Origin: a virus
Lineage: Duplodnaviria; Caudoviricetes
DNA length: 64,000 nucleotides
Virus record (IMG/VR): IMGVR_UViG_3300033405_000003
Reading direction: 5' to 3' (one strand)
Each line of letters begins with the position of its first letter. Position 1 is the first letter of the stretch. Shown here in pieces: positions 27,420-36,439 of this stretch. Both the position numbers and the translations under genes were made by a program. The notes under the pieces were generated by a model. That model ran no database searches. It was given only the letters and a program-made list of their open reading frames with translations, and was not told the origin of the DNA.

Positions 27420-27947
27420 ATGATGGCCAGGAAGAAGAAAAACGCGACGCTCTCGGGCCAGACGGCGAAAGTCGACTCCATCGCGAGCCGGCTCCGCGCG
27501 AAGGCGGAACCCGACCCGTGGGAGACGGGGGAGGTCGTCGTGGCCGAAGCCGCGGAGGCCGCGAAGACGAACGCGTCGATCCTCGAGAGGTACCACTGGA
27601 AGGAGGTCCACGCCCCGAGGGGCTGGTACCCGACCGTCCCGGGCTCCGAGCTTGTCGGCTTCTACGGCGGCCGGACCACGCGCAGGAGCACGTACGGGCA
27701 GTACGACGTCATCCTCGTCCACGTCCCCGCGCGCGGCTCGTTCATGGTCTCCGGCACGAAGCTCATGCAGCTCGTCGACGCGGCGATGATCGACGTCGGC
27801 CACCCCATCCGCGTCGTGTGGGAGGGGCACCAGCCCCTCGGCATCAACGCCGCGACCGGCGAGGAGAAGAAGATGAAGCTCTTCAAAGTGCTCGTCGCCG
27901 AGGGTGAGCCCATCGACGCGGCGGACCTGCCGAGGGTGTCGCAATGA
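27420..27947 (+). CDS. putative OB-fold single-stranded nucleic-acid-binding protein
   Basis: W.P..PG.ELVGFY...VSGTKL...VGHPIRVVWEG...MKLFKV strand pattern. Confidence 0.5.
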   Translation: MMARKKKNATLSGQTAKVDSIASRLRAKAEPDPWETGEVVVAEAAEAAKTNASILERYHWKEVHAPRGWYPTVPGSELVGFYGGRTTRRSTYGQYDVILVHVPARGSFMVSGTKLMQLVDAAMIDVGHPIRVVWEGHQPLGINAATGEEKKMKLFKVLVAEGEPIDAADLPRVSQ

Positions 27948-28369
27948 CATCCAAGTCCCAGACAGTCGTGGACTGGATCGAGCGCGAGGTCGGCAAGCGT
28001 TTCCCGGACGGCGAGACGCTCCCGGCCGGTCAGCTCCGGGTGCGGGTCGCGATCCTCTGCTTCGATCTCCTCGAAGCCGCGGCGGGCGCGACCAACGTCG
28101 TGGGAGAGGGGACGAGGTTGCCGACGAGCCGCGACCAGGAAAGACTCACCGCGGCGAAGAAGGCGCTCGCGCTGGGCGAGCCGGCGACCGAGGCGGAGGC
28201 GTTCGAGCAGCTCGAGGAGCTTCACGACGCGATCCGCGCGCTCCAGTCGACCGACGACCTCGGCAGCGAGGAGCTGAACGCGAGGGCCATCCGCGACATG
28301 GACGACCTCATCGCGAAGCACGAACAGCTCAAGAAGCGTCTCGACAAGGGCGCGCGAACGAGGCCTTGA
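27944..28369 (+). CDS. helical hypothetical protein
   Basis: Coupled ORF. Confidence 0.65.
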   Translation: MTSKSQTVVDWIEREVGKRFPDGETLPAGQLRVRVAILCFDLLEAAAGATNVVGEGTRLPTSRDQERLTAAKKALALGEPATEAEAFEQLEELHDAIRALQSTDDLGSEELNARAIRDMDDLIAKHEQLKKRLDKGARTRP

Positions 28370-28370
28370 C

Positions 28371-28592
28371 ATGATTAGACATGAGACGATCGAAGTATCG
28401 GGAACGGTGCTTTACTGCGACGGCTGCAAGAAGCGCGGACCCGAGTCGGCCTACGACAACGTGCAGGACACGTGGGACCAGGCCGAGATGATGGGCTGGA
28501 CCCAGACGGACGACGACCGCGACCTCTGCGTGGAGTGCACGAAGAAAAAGGAGGGCGAAGAAAAGCCGTCCAAGAAGAAAGGTCAGCGCTGA
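28371..28592 (+). CDS. Zn-finger small protein
   Basis: CDGC...GW...DLCVEC. Confidence 0.7.
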   Translation: MIRHETIEVSGTVLYCDGCKKRGPESAYDNVQDTWDQAEMMGWTQTDDDRDLCVECTKKKEGEEKPSKKKGQR

Positions 28593-28972
28593 TGGGCGAA
28601 ACTGACAAGCCCCAGATACTGCGCGTGAAGAGCATCGCGAGCGGCCGGAGCCTCGATCCCCGCATCCACGGCGAGTGCATCTCGCTCGTCGCGGACGTGG
28701 ACGACGAGGACGCGCACTTCATGATCCCGCAGGAGTCATGGGAGAAGATCGTGCGCAACGCCGACTGGTTCAGGGAGCCGCGCGCCCCAGAAGAGAAGAC
28801 ATATGCCCAGGACCTCGAGAAGACGCTCAAGGCCCACCGCGTGCTTGCGCGCAAATGCGCGCAGTGCGGCGGCGAGCTGGCGTACCCTGGCGCGATTTAC
28901 TGCGGCGCCGGCTGCACGGCGCGAAGCGAAGCGCATGAGCCGCTCGGGTTCAAGGACACGGAGCCGCGATGA
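28592..28972 (+). CDS. Zn-finger hypothetical protein
   Basis: CAQC...YCGAGC. Confidence 0.6.
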   Translation: MGETDKPQILRVKSIASGRSLDPRIHGECISLVADVDDEDAHFMIPQESWEKIVRNADWFREPRAPEEKTYAQDLEKTLKAHRVLARKCAQCGGELAYPGAIYCGAGCTARSEAHEPLGFKDTEPR

Positions 28973-29721
28973 GTTACCCCTTTCCCCACGAGCCGCCCAC
29001 CATCGAGCGACGCGGGCGCGAGGCGAGGTCCCGCTGCAAGTGCGACGAGTGCGAGCGGGAGGACGCCCGGGCGGTCGTCGTGTTCAACGTCGTCGCCGCG
29101 GGCTCGGAGGAGAACTACGACGGCACGCACTCGGTGTGCAGGCGCTGCCTCGAGAACGCGCTCGCCATGCTCAGCGACCCGGACCTCGTCAAGACGAGGA
29201 CGCCGCTCACGAACAGCGAGCACGCGGCGCGCAAGCTGGCGACGGAGGCCCACGGCTTCCAGAAGTACGACTCGGGCACGGAGCCCTACGTGGTCCACCT
29301 CGCCGAGGTGCGCGACGTGCTCGTCGAGTTCGGGTGGGGCGGCGACACGGAGCTGCTCGTCGCGGCGTGGCTTCACGACATCGTCGAGGACACGCGTGTC
29401 ACGAGGGCTTCGATCGAGGAGCAGTTCGGCGGGCGCGTCGGCAAGCTCGTGTGGTCCGTGACCGGCGAGGGCAAGACGCGCAGGGAGCGGAACGAGGACG
29501 CCTACGCGAAGATGGTCGAGCACCCGGACTCGATCATCCTGAAGCTCGCCGACCGCATCGCGAACGCGCGGGCCTCGAAGCAGACGAGCCCGGACGACCT
29601 CTTCCTGATGTACAAGTCCGAGCACGAAGCCTTCAAGGGGAGGCTCCACCCGGACAGCAGCCTCGTGCCGCGAAAGGACGCCATGTGGGTAACCCTGGAC
29701 CGCATCTACGGTGAGCCATGA
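28969..29721 (+). CDS. Mesh1/SpoT-like HD-domain small alarmone hydrolase with N-terminal Zn finger
   Basis: AHGFQ, EPYVVHL, AAWLHDIVEDT, FG..V..LV..VT, LKLADRIAN. Confidence 0.85.
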   Translation: MSYPFPHEPPTIERRGREARSRCKCDECEREDARAVVVFNVVAAGSEENYDGTHSVCRRCLENALAMLSDPDLVKTRTPLTNSEHAARKLATEAHGFQKYDSGTEPYVVHLAEVRDVLVEFGWGGDTELLVAAWLHDIVEDTRVTRASIEEQFGGRVGKLVWSVTGEGKTRRERNEDAYAKMVEHPDSIILKLADRIANARASKQTSPDDLFLMYKSEHEAFKGRLHPDSSLVPRKDAMWVTLDRIYGEP

Positions 29722-29948
29722 CGAAAGTGCGCGAGCGGCAGTACCGCGTCAGGTGGACGCTGGTTGAGAAGCACGAGGGCTTCATCACGGACGGCGACCA
29801 GGACGGCGACGCGTGGGAGGGCTCGAGGAAGTCGGCCGACAGCCTCGCAAAGGAGCTGGCCAAGATCGAGCGGCGCGAGCGGGCCGGGTTCACGTACAAG
29901 GTCGTGCCGGTGAACCCCGTGAAGCCTGCCAAGAAGGCGTCACCGTGA
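29718..29948 (+). CDS. hypothetical protein
   Basis: Coupled ORF. Confidence 0.6.
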   Translation: MTKVRERQYRVRWTLVEKHEGFITDGDQDGDAWEGSRKSADSLAKELAKIERRERAGFTYKVVPVNPVKPAKKASP

Positions 29949-30142
29949 CCCTCGGCGAGCTTTCCGAGTTCGTCGGGCCGCGGGGCGCGATCAAGCTCGC
30001 GTGGAACCGGCGCGAGGGCTGGTCGCTCTTCGTGGTCACGACGGACGGCACCACATAGGCCGGCAAGACGCAGGACGGCGACCTCGACGTGTTCGTGGGG
30101 CGCGCGCACGCGGCGCTCCGAGCCGGAGCGGCGAAGTCATGA
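29945..30142 (+). pseudogene. small gene with an internal in-frame TAG (30056-30058)
   Basis: Coupled at both ends (GTGA, ATGA) only if TAG is read through. Confidence 0.55.
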
Positions 30143-30399
30143 CCAAGGCCGGCGAGAACATGCGCGCCGACCCGCTGCGCGTCAAGCACGCGGACCTCGA
30201 GCGCTACAGGGACACGGAGAGCCCGTACAGGAAGCTCTGCCCGGCGTGTCGGAAGGGCGCGATGATGGTGCACCGAGACCCCGGGTCCATGGTGCTCTCG
30301 AGCGTGGACCGCTGCACGTGGTGCGGCCAGACGGTCGTCTACTCCGACGCGTTCATCAACGGCGAGCCCGTGGCGCACGCGGAGAACGACCCGAGCTGA
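30139..30399 (+). CDS. Zn-ribbon phage protein
   Basis: CPAC...DRCTWCGQ. Confidence 0.7.
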   Translation: MTKAGENMRADPLRVKHADLERYRDTESPYRKLCPACRKGAMMVHRDPGSMVLSSVDRCTWCGQTVVYSDAFINGEPVAHAENDPS

Positions 30400-30408
30400 G
30401 GGGGGGGC

Positions 30409-30436
30409 TTGCACATGCACCACAATGCGTTACAGT
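30409..30436 (+). promoter_or_regulatory. sigma70-like promoter
   Basis: TTGCAC-N16-TACAGT in an AT-richer gap, preceded by a G8 run. Confidence 0.5.
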
Positions 30437-30527
30437 GGGAGTTAGGTAACGTTATGAGCGCGATCATCTACACCGCGGTCCTCGTCGTCTCCGTGCTCGT
30501 GGCGGCGGCCGGGAGAGGCCCGGTCTC

Positions 30528-31130
30528 ATGAAGACGAACCAAGAGCACCCCGGCATCCTCGCCCTGCGCGAGATCCTCCGCAGGATGCGCTCGGACGACC
30601 AGGACGGCTACTCGGACGTGGGCGAGGATGGCAAGTTCACGGGCACGGCGTACTTCAGCGGCCGTGGCCTCGGGATGGCGACGCCCGAGCAGCTCGACGC
30701 GCTCTTCGACCTCGCGGGCATCGTGCCCGACCCGATCGCTGTGAACGGCTCGTGCTCAGAGTGCGTCCACGGAGACGCCCGCGGCGGCGACCTCGGGTGG
30801 GGCCGGCCGTGCTGCGGCTGCTCGCGCCCGAAAATGACGCACTTCGTCCCCCTCGCGTCCGTCAAGGACAGCGCGCTCCGCCTCACGGACGACCAGGCCC
30901 AGATGCTCGGCAATCTCCTCGGGCGCGTCCCCGGGGAGAAGAGGACCTGGTGGGCGACCGGCATCGTCACGGCCAAGCAGTTCTCCGGCGCCTGGAACAA
31001 GCAGATCGACCACTGCTACCGGATCCGCGAGGCGATGAAGGAGCGCGGGCTCATCTCGGGCATCGACGACCGGGTCACGAACAAGGGCGAGCGCGCGCTC
31101 GCGCTCCACAAGCGGAAGCGGGCCGCATGA
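30528..31130 (+). CDS. hypothetical protein
   Basis: CSEC and CCGC; codon bias. Confidence 0.65.
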   Translation: MKTNQEHPGILALREILRRMRSDDQDGYSDVGEDGKFTGTAYFSGRGLGMATPEQLDALFDLAGIVPDPIAVNGSCSECVHGDARGGDLGWGRPCCGCSRPKMTHFVPLASVKDSALRLTDDQAQMLGNLLGRVPGEKRTWWATGIVTAKQFSGAWNKQIDHCYRIREAMKERGLISGIDDRVTNKGERALALHKRKRAA

Positions 31131-31613
31131 CGTCCTTGATCTGTAGCGGTTGCGGCTGCTCGCTTCCGGCGGGCTACCGCGCATGCGACGGTGATAACCG
31201 CCACCAACCGGTCGGCGAGAAGGGCAAGGCGCGCCCGAAGACGACCTTCGAGATCCTCGACGCATGCCGCGTGACTCCTCCCAGCGCCGAGGTCGTGGAC
31301 GGGCAGAGAAGCTCGCGCCTTTGAGAGCCTTGATCGGCGGGCTCCCGCAGACGGGGCAGGCGTTCTCCCCCGCGAAGATCTCGACGGCCCGGAGCAGCGT
31401 GAGCATGCGGGCGTTGCGCCTCGTGCGCCATTCGGCCTGCTGGGCCTCGGTCTCCTGGATCGCGAGGACGGCCTGGGCGACGTCTTTCGACGACGCAGCG
31501 AGGACGCGCAGCGCTTCCGTGTGGGACCCATCTATGCTCACGTCCGATGCCTCGAGCGGGGAGGGATCGGCGGCGGCGTCTCGAGGAGGGCGTCGATCCA
31601 GGCCTTGCCCGCC

Positions 31614-31844
31614 ATGAAGAAGAACCACGCGGGCGCGCGCAGCAAGGCGCAGCTCAAGAAGATCTCGGGCGACCTCGACAGGCTGGCGGACAGCGTCGCG
31701 TCCTGCCAGCCGCTCTTCGAGAGCGGCGAGGTGGTCCTCGTGCCGATGGGCGACCGCTGGGGCATCCAGGTCAGCTCGGAGCTGATCGAGGCGCTCGGCA
31801 CGGACGCCGTCCTCAAGTTCGTCACGAGGGACAAGACCCGATGA
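31614..31844 (+). CDS. hypothetical protein
   Basis: Codon bias. Confidence 0.55.
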   Translation: MKKNHAGARSKAQLKKISGDLDRLADSVASCQPLFESGEVVLVPMGDRWGIQVSSELIEALGTDAVLKFVTRDKTR

Positions 31845-31998
31845 AGCTCGCCGAGGACGTCGAGCGGCTCGAAGCGGAGAACCGCAAGCTCAAAGAGGAG
31901 CTTGAGGAGCGCGATGCGGCGCCGAAGTCCGACTCGTTCTACGACACCAGCGTCCGCGCGGTAGAACGGCCTCGATCGCTCCCTCGCCGGCGGCCGTC

Positions 31999-32178
31999 AT
32001 GACGCGATCGCTCGGCCACGTTCACGTGAAGTGCCACCACTGCGAGGATCACTTCATCGCAACGGACGACCACATCATCGCCCACCGCGTCGTCCTCTGC
32101 CGCGGGGGCGGCGGCCACAGCGTCCCGATCGTGAAGTGCCCGCGCTGCGGCGCGACGACCACGCTGGAGAACCGATGA
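31999..32178 (+). CDS. Zn-ribbon small protein (59 aa, not in ORF track)
   Basis: CHHC...CPRC; coupled at both ends. Confidence 0.55.
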   Translation: MTRSLGHVHVKCHHCEDHFIATDDHIIAHRVVLCRGGGGHSVPIVKCPRCGATTTLENR

Positions 32179-32525
32179 GCGACGCGATCGACCCGCTCGG
32201 CGACTCGCCCGCGAGCAAGCTCACCAAGGCTCTCCTCTCCATCGAGTGGCACCGGAACGGCGGCGGCACGCTCACCTGCCAAGGGTGCGGGTCGTGGACG
32301 TTCAGGCCGACCCACGTGAGGCCCGAGCAGACGCTCGACGGGGCCGGGTGCTGGGTCGACGAGGCGCTCACGGCGGCGGGGTACCCCGACCACGACTCGA
32401 GGGAGGCCGGGCGGCGCCGCATCGACGACGTCGAGCGCGAGCGGGTCGACGCCCTCCACGAGCAGCGGCGCGCGGCCCGGGACGCCGCCCAAAAGGACCA
32501 GCACGAGTTCGACGAGTCGGGGTGA
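32175..32525 (+). CDS. hypothetical protein
   Basis: IEW...CQGC...H...CW. Confidence 0.6.
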   Translation: MSDAIDPLGDSPASKLTKALLSIEWHRNGGGTLTCQGCGSWTFRPTHVRPEQTLDGAGCWVDEALTAAGYPDHDSREAGRRRIDDVERERVDALHEQRRAARDAAQKDQHEFDESG

Positions 32526-32579
32526 GTATTCTCGAAATCGGGTATTGCGATCCTCGAAGATTAGGATTACCGTCACACG

Positions 32580-32894
32580 ATGCTCTCCTCGCCGCTCACC
32601 AGCCGGGCCGCAGTCCTCGAGATCCTCGCCCGCGGCGAGACCTACGGCCTCAGCATCCTCGACCAGTTCAAGCGCCGGACCTCCGGCAAGGTCCGCATCT
32701 ACCAGGGCTCGCTCTACCCGCTCCTCCGGGACCTCGAGAAGGAGAAGCTCGTCGCCTCCCGCGTGGGTGAGGCGGCCGACAGGGGTGGCAGGCCGCGCGT
32801 CTACTACAAGCTCACCGCGGCCGGCAGGCGCGCGGCCGTGAGCTGCCGGAAGCTCACGCTCGGGTTCTACAAGAAGAAGGGCGGGCGCAGGTGA
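32580..32894 (+). CDS. PadR-family transcriptional regulator
   Basis: VLEIL..GETYGL.I...GSLYPLLRDLE...GRPRVYYKLTAAG. Confidence 0.9.
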   Translation: MLSSPLTSRAAVLEILARGETYGLSILDQFKRRTSGKVRIYQGSLYPLLRDLEKEKLVASRVGEAADRGGRPRVYYKLTAAGRRAAVSCRKLTLGFYKKKGGRR

Positions 32895-33154
32895 TAGCCG
32901 ACCGCGTGCTCGGGCCGGCGGATGAGAAGGAGCGCAAGCGCTTCCTCAAGCGCGCCCTGCGCTTCACGGTCAAGGACAAGGCCGAGGGCGAGCGCGTCGT
33001 CTCCGACCTCTGCAAGCAGTTCTCCGGCATCAAGACGTTCGTCGTCGACGACACGTGTGTCGCTTTCCAGCACGCCGAGGGCGAGCGCGCGCTCACGGTT
33101 TTCTACCTCATCGGGTGGTTCGCGGGCCAAGGCCGGGTGTTCGTATGCGAGTGA
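32891..33154 (+). CDS. hypothetical protein
   Basis: Coupled ORF. Confidence 0.6.
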   Translation: MIADRVLGPADEKERKRFLKRALRFTVKDKAEGERVVSDLCKQFSGIKTFVVDDTCVAFQHAEGERALTVFYLIGWFAGQGRVFVCE

Positions 33155-33179
33155 AGCTGGCGGTCGAGAGGGCGACGTC

Positions 33180-33497
33180 ATGGAGACGATGACGGGCAAC
33201 GTTGATGGACCGGATGAAGAGCAGCAGCGCGTGCTCTGTGCGTTCTGCGGCGCAAGCATCCCGGTGCGCGTGACCGCGATCGTTGCCCACGCGCTCGACG
33301 AGTGCCGCTCGAACCTGCGCGCCGAGCGCGACGGGCTGAAGAAGGAGCGCGGGATCGCCATGGAGGCCATGCTGAAGGCGTGGGCCGCGCTCGACATGCT
33401 GGACTCCTCGGCCTTGCAGCCCGTGAAGGAGTCCAAGGAGAAGCTCCGGGCTGGGCTCGTGGCGCTCGGGACAGAACCTATGCGGGGCACGCGATGA
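33180..33497 (+). CDS. Zn-finger/coiled-coil protein
   Basis: CAFC...H...C. Confidence 0.6.
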   Translation: METMTGNVDGPDEEQQRVLCAFCGASIPVRVTAIVAHALDECRSNLRAERDGLKKERGIAMEAMLKAWAALDMLDSSALQPVKESKEKLRAGLVALGTEPMRGTR

Positions 33498-33661
33498 CGG
33501 ACAAAGTGAAGCAAGCGATCGAGCTGCTCTGCTCGATGACGGAAGACGAGCGGGAGAAAGCGCTCGAGAACTTCTGCTGCGCCTGCCACACCCCGATCGA
33601 CGGGCCCGACTGGTCGGGTCGCAATTACTGCCTGAGCTGCTCGCCGGACCCGAGGGACTGA
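33494..33661 (+). CDS. 55-aa Zn-finger mini-protein, copy 1
   Basis: FCCACH...NYCLSCSPDPRD; duplicated at 35028. Confidence 0.75.
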   Translation: MTDKVKQAIELLCSMTEDEREKALENFCCACHTPIDGPDWSGRNYCLSCSPDPRD

Positions 33662-33663
33662 GC

Positions 33664-33888
33664 ATGAAGGCGCAGTGTGAACGCAAGTCCCCCAAAGGCC
33701 GCGCGTGCCTCTTCGACGCCGAGCCCGTGCACGACCTCCACATGAACATGGGCGAAACCTGGTCGGATCCTGCCACGTTGCGCGTCGATCGCATCAGCGT
33801 GGCAACAACCGGCATGTTGAGCGATTTGGATCAGAGGATGGCGGCGGAGCCGCTCGACGTTCTCGGCCGCCCGAGGGGGAATCGGTGA
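33664..33888 (+). CDS. hypothetical protein
   Basis: C...C...H..H...W pattern. Confidence 0.55.
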   Translation: MKAQCERKSPKGRACLFDAEPVHDLHMNMGETWSDPATLRVDRISVATTGMLSDLDQRMAAEPLDVLGRPRGNR

Positions 33889-34451
33889 GCGCCGGCGGTC
33901 CGACATGGGAAGAACGCGTGGCCGCTGCCAAGGCTGAGGGTATGCCTGTTTTCCAGAAGAACGGTATGCCCATCGTGTGTCAGCGCCACGACGGCGCCCT
34001 TCTCGAGCACGAGCACGCAGATCATCCCCACTACAAGTTCCCGGTGGAGGTCGAGTTCGTGGGTTCCAAACCCGACGCCTTCCACGACCGATGCGTCCGG
34101 AAGGACAAGCGCCCGGCGCACTTCGACGGGTGCGACCTCGACTGGGACCACGAGAGCGCCACCGCGTTCTGCAAGACGTGCAAGGTGAAGCTCACCCAGG
34201 CTGAGCAGGTCCATATCCTCTCGTTCAGCGTGGCCGAAGTGGAGGAGACGACCTACGAGCCGCACACCGAGGCCCTCATCTACAACGACGACAGCATCGC
34301 CATCACGCTGCACGAGTGCTGCTACACGATGTGGTCGCGATGGCGCGGGGGAGGCTTCCTCCACGGGCCCGACTGGTCGAGGACGCGGAGGCTCACGAAT
34401 GAGGCACGCGAGAAGATCTGGGGCAAGGAGGAAGAACCCGATGCCGGTTGA
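33885..34451 (+). CDS. hypothetical phage protein
   Basis: LEHEHADHPHYKFPVEV...ALIY.D..IAITL.ECCY. Confidence 0.65.
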   Translation: MSAGGPTWEERVAAAKAEGMPVFQKNGMPIVCQRHDGALLEHEHADHPHYKFPVEVEFVGSKPDAFHDRCVRKDKRPAHFDGCDLDWDHESATAFCKTCKVKLTQAEQVHILSFSVAEVEETTYEPHTEALIYNDDSIAITLHECCYTMWSRWRGGGFLHGPDWSRTRRLTNEAREKIWGKEEEPDAG

Positions 34452-35031
34452 CGACCACGGGATGCTGCCCAAGTCGCCTTCGCTCCACGGGGCCCAGCCC
34501 GACCCCTTCGGGGTCGTGCCCAAGTCGCCTTCGCTCCACGGGGCCCAGCCCGACCCCTTCGGGGTCGTGCCCAAGTCGCCTTCGCTCCACGGGGCCCAGC
34601 CCGACCCCTTCGGGGTCGTGCCCAAGTCGCCTTCGCTCCACGGGGCCCAGCCCGACCCCTTCGGGGTCGTGCACGTCTACGCGCAAGAGCAGTGGCACGA
34701 CGAGGCGTTCATCGTCGGCGACGCCCGCGCGCTCGCGCAGCTCCGGGACGCGATCGAGACGGCGCTCGCGTCGGGCCGCGGCAGCGCCCTCGTCATGGCC
34801 GCTGACGGCGAGGGTTACCGCCTCCACGTCGTGCGCCACGAGACGGCGCGCATGGATCGGATGGTCCTGCCGTACGCGGACTCGAGCAGGATCCTCGGCC
34901 CCGAGCCCAAGGGACGCTACCCGTCGAGCCTCGTGTCCCACCACCGCGAGGGGGAAGGCGAGGACGAGATCCTCGGCGACGACGAGTGGTTCGAGATGCA
35001 GCGTAAGTTCGGCATGGAGTACGAGAAATGA
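34441..35031 (+). CDS. phage protein carrying four in-frame 17-aa repeats
   Basis: (PKSPSLHGAQPDPFGVV)x4, then HVYAQ..WHDEAFIVG...DGEGY. Confidence 0.7.
   Translation: MPVDDHGMLPKSPSLHGAQPDPFGVVPKSPSLHGAQPDPFGVVPKSPSLHGAQPDPFGVVPKSPSLHGAQPDPFGVVHVYAQEQWHDEAFIVGDARALAQLRDAIETALASGRGSALVMAADGEGYRLHVVRHETARMDRMVLPYADSSRILGPEPKGRYPSSLVSHHREGEGEDEILGDDEWFEMQRKFGMEYEK
34466..34669 (+). repeat. 4 x 51-bp perfect tandem repeat with internal palindrome (REP-like)
   Basis: Unit tgcccaagtcgccttcgctccacggggcccagcccgaccccttcggggtcg contains CGACCCC-TTC-GGGGTCG. Confidence 0.95.
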
Positions 35032-35204
35032 TGATGTCGACGGACAGAGCGAAAAAAGCGGTCGAGCTGCTCCGCTCATTGACGGAAGACGAGCGCGAGG
35101 AAGTGCTCGAGAGCTTCTGCCGCGCTTGCCATGTCCCGATCGACGAGCCCGACTGGTCGGGTCGCAACTACTGCTTGAGCTGCTCGCCGGACCCGAGGGA
35201 CTGA
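35028..35204 (+). CDS. Zn-finger mini-protein, copy 2 (not in ORF track)
   Basis: MMMSTDRAKKAVELLRSLTEDEREEVLESFCRACHVPIDEPDWSGRNYCLSCSPDPRD*. Confidence 0.75.
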   Translation: MMMSTDRAKKAVELLRSLTEDEREEVLESFCRACHVPIDEPDWSGRNYCLSCSPDPRD

Positions 35205-35206
35205 GC

Positions 35207-35404
35207 ATGTTGAGCGACGAGGACGCCATCATCGCGTGCGGGAACATCGGCTACGACCTCACGTGCGGCGCGTGCGCCGAGAGGTTCTTCACGGGCGGCT
35301 CGTGGGGGACCGAGCACGACGAGGGGTGCAAGACGATCCCCGAGCTGAAGGTGCGCAACACCGTGACCATCACGAGCGTGCCGCCAAAGGAACCGAGGAC
35401 TTGA
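35207..35404 (+). CDS. Cys-rich small protein
   Basis: GYDLTCGACA..FFTG. Confidence 0.6.
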   Translation: MLSDEDAIIACGNIGYDLTCGACAERFFTGGSWGTEHDEGCKTIPELKVRNTVTITSVPPKEPRT

Positions 35405-35543
35405 TGCTCGTCTACACGATCGGCGACGTCGTCGCGGGCGTAGCCCTCGTCCTGCTCGTCCTCGGCGGCGGCGCGGCGTGGGCCTGGGTCGGGCACCTCG
35501 ACAGGCAGACGAAGAAGCGCGAGCGCGCGAGGACGGAGAAGCC

Positions 35544-35768
35544 ATGAAGCGCCGCAGGGAGAAGCACGCGTTCAGGCGCGAGATGCGCGAGGTCAGGCGG
35601 GACGCGATCCGCGAGCGCGGAGACCACCGGCGCTGGTGGTGGATGGCGGTGCCCGAGTCGATGGCCGGCGACTGGGAGCCCGTCTACGAGGGCGGCGTCT
35701 GGGAGTTCGACCCGGAGCACGGCCGGACGGTCGCGTACCCGAACGGTATTCCCGAGGAGATCACATGA
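35544..35768 (+). CDS. hypothetical protein
   Basis: GGAG RBS, coupled. Confidence 0.5.
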   Translation: MKRRREKHAFRREMREVRRDAIRERGDHRRWWWMAVPESMAGDWEPVYEGGVWEFDPEHGRTVAYPNGIPEEIT

Positions 35769-36439
35769 AGAAGATACAGTGCGTGTTCCAGCGGGATTTC
35801 GTCCCGCGTAAAAAGGGCCGCGGCAACGAGGCCATACTCAAACCGGACTTCACCCCCGGCGTTGAGCGCGTGATGGCCGAGGGCATCGCGACCGTGAAGT
35901 TCGACGGGACCGCGTGCGCCGTCATCGCGGGCCCGGGCAACGGCATCCACATGGCCTGGGTCCCGCTGCTCCTCCGCTCGAACAATTTCCTCTACAAGCG
36001 CTACGACGCGAAGGGGGGCAAGCCCCCGCCGGCCGGCGGCATCCCGTGCGACGAGCCGGACAAGACGACCGGGCATTGGCCGCACTGGGTCCTCGTCATG
36101 GACGGGCCCGAGGACAAATGGGCGCGCGAGGCGTACCTGCGCCTCAAGCAGCCGCTCGAACCCGGGACGTACGAACTCTGCGGCCCGCACCTCCAGGGAA
36201 ACCCCCAGGCCCTCGCGGAGGACGAGTTCATCAAGCACGGCTCCGTCGTGATCGAGCCGGGCAAGTTCGAGCGGACGTTCGAGGGCATGCGCGCGTACCT
36301 CTCGGCCGCGCCGATCGAGGGGATCGTGTTCTGGCTGGATGGCGCGCCGCGCGCGAAGATACGCCGGAAGGATTTCGGGCTCGACTGGCCGCCGGCCAAA
36401 GAGGGCTGCACGCACCACAGCTCGCCCGAGACGCGATGA
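35765..36439 (+). CDS. RNA-ligase-like nucleotidyltransferase (DUF5565-like)
   Basis: ATVKFDGT (KxDG motif I), YKRYDAK, GHWPHW, TYELCGP..QGNP, EGIVF, AKIRRKDFG. Confidence 0.75.
   Translation: MKKIQCVFQRDFVPRKKGRGNEAILKPDFTPGVERVMAEGIATVKFDGTACAVIAGPGNGIHMAWVPLLLRSNNFLYKRYDAKGGKPPPAGGIPCDEPDKTTGHWPHWVLVMDGPEDKWAREAYLRLKQPLEPGTYELCGPHLQGNPQALAEDEFIKHGSVVIEPGKFERTFEGMRAYLSAAPIEGIVFWLDGAPRAKIRRKDFGLDWPPAKEGCTHHSSPETR

Noticed and set aside
30756-31628. Minus-strand gene around 31300-31600
   Set aside because: The central part looks protein-like (CPVC), but the frame runs deep into plus-strand genes and its ends cannot be defined.
34466-34669. CRISPR array
   Set aside because: The units are contiguous and identical with no unique spacers, and there are no cas genes.
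33496-35209. DGR template/variable repeat pair
   Set aside because: Mismatches include many C/T and other non-adenine changes, both copies are intact genes, and no reverse transcriptase is in the window.
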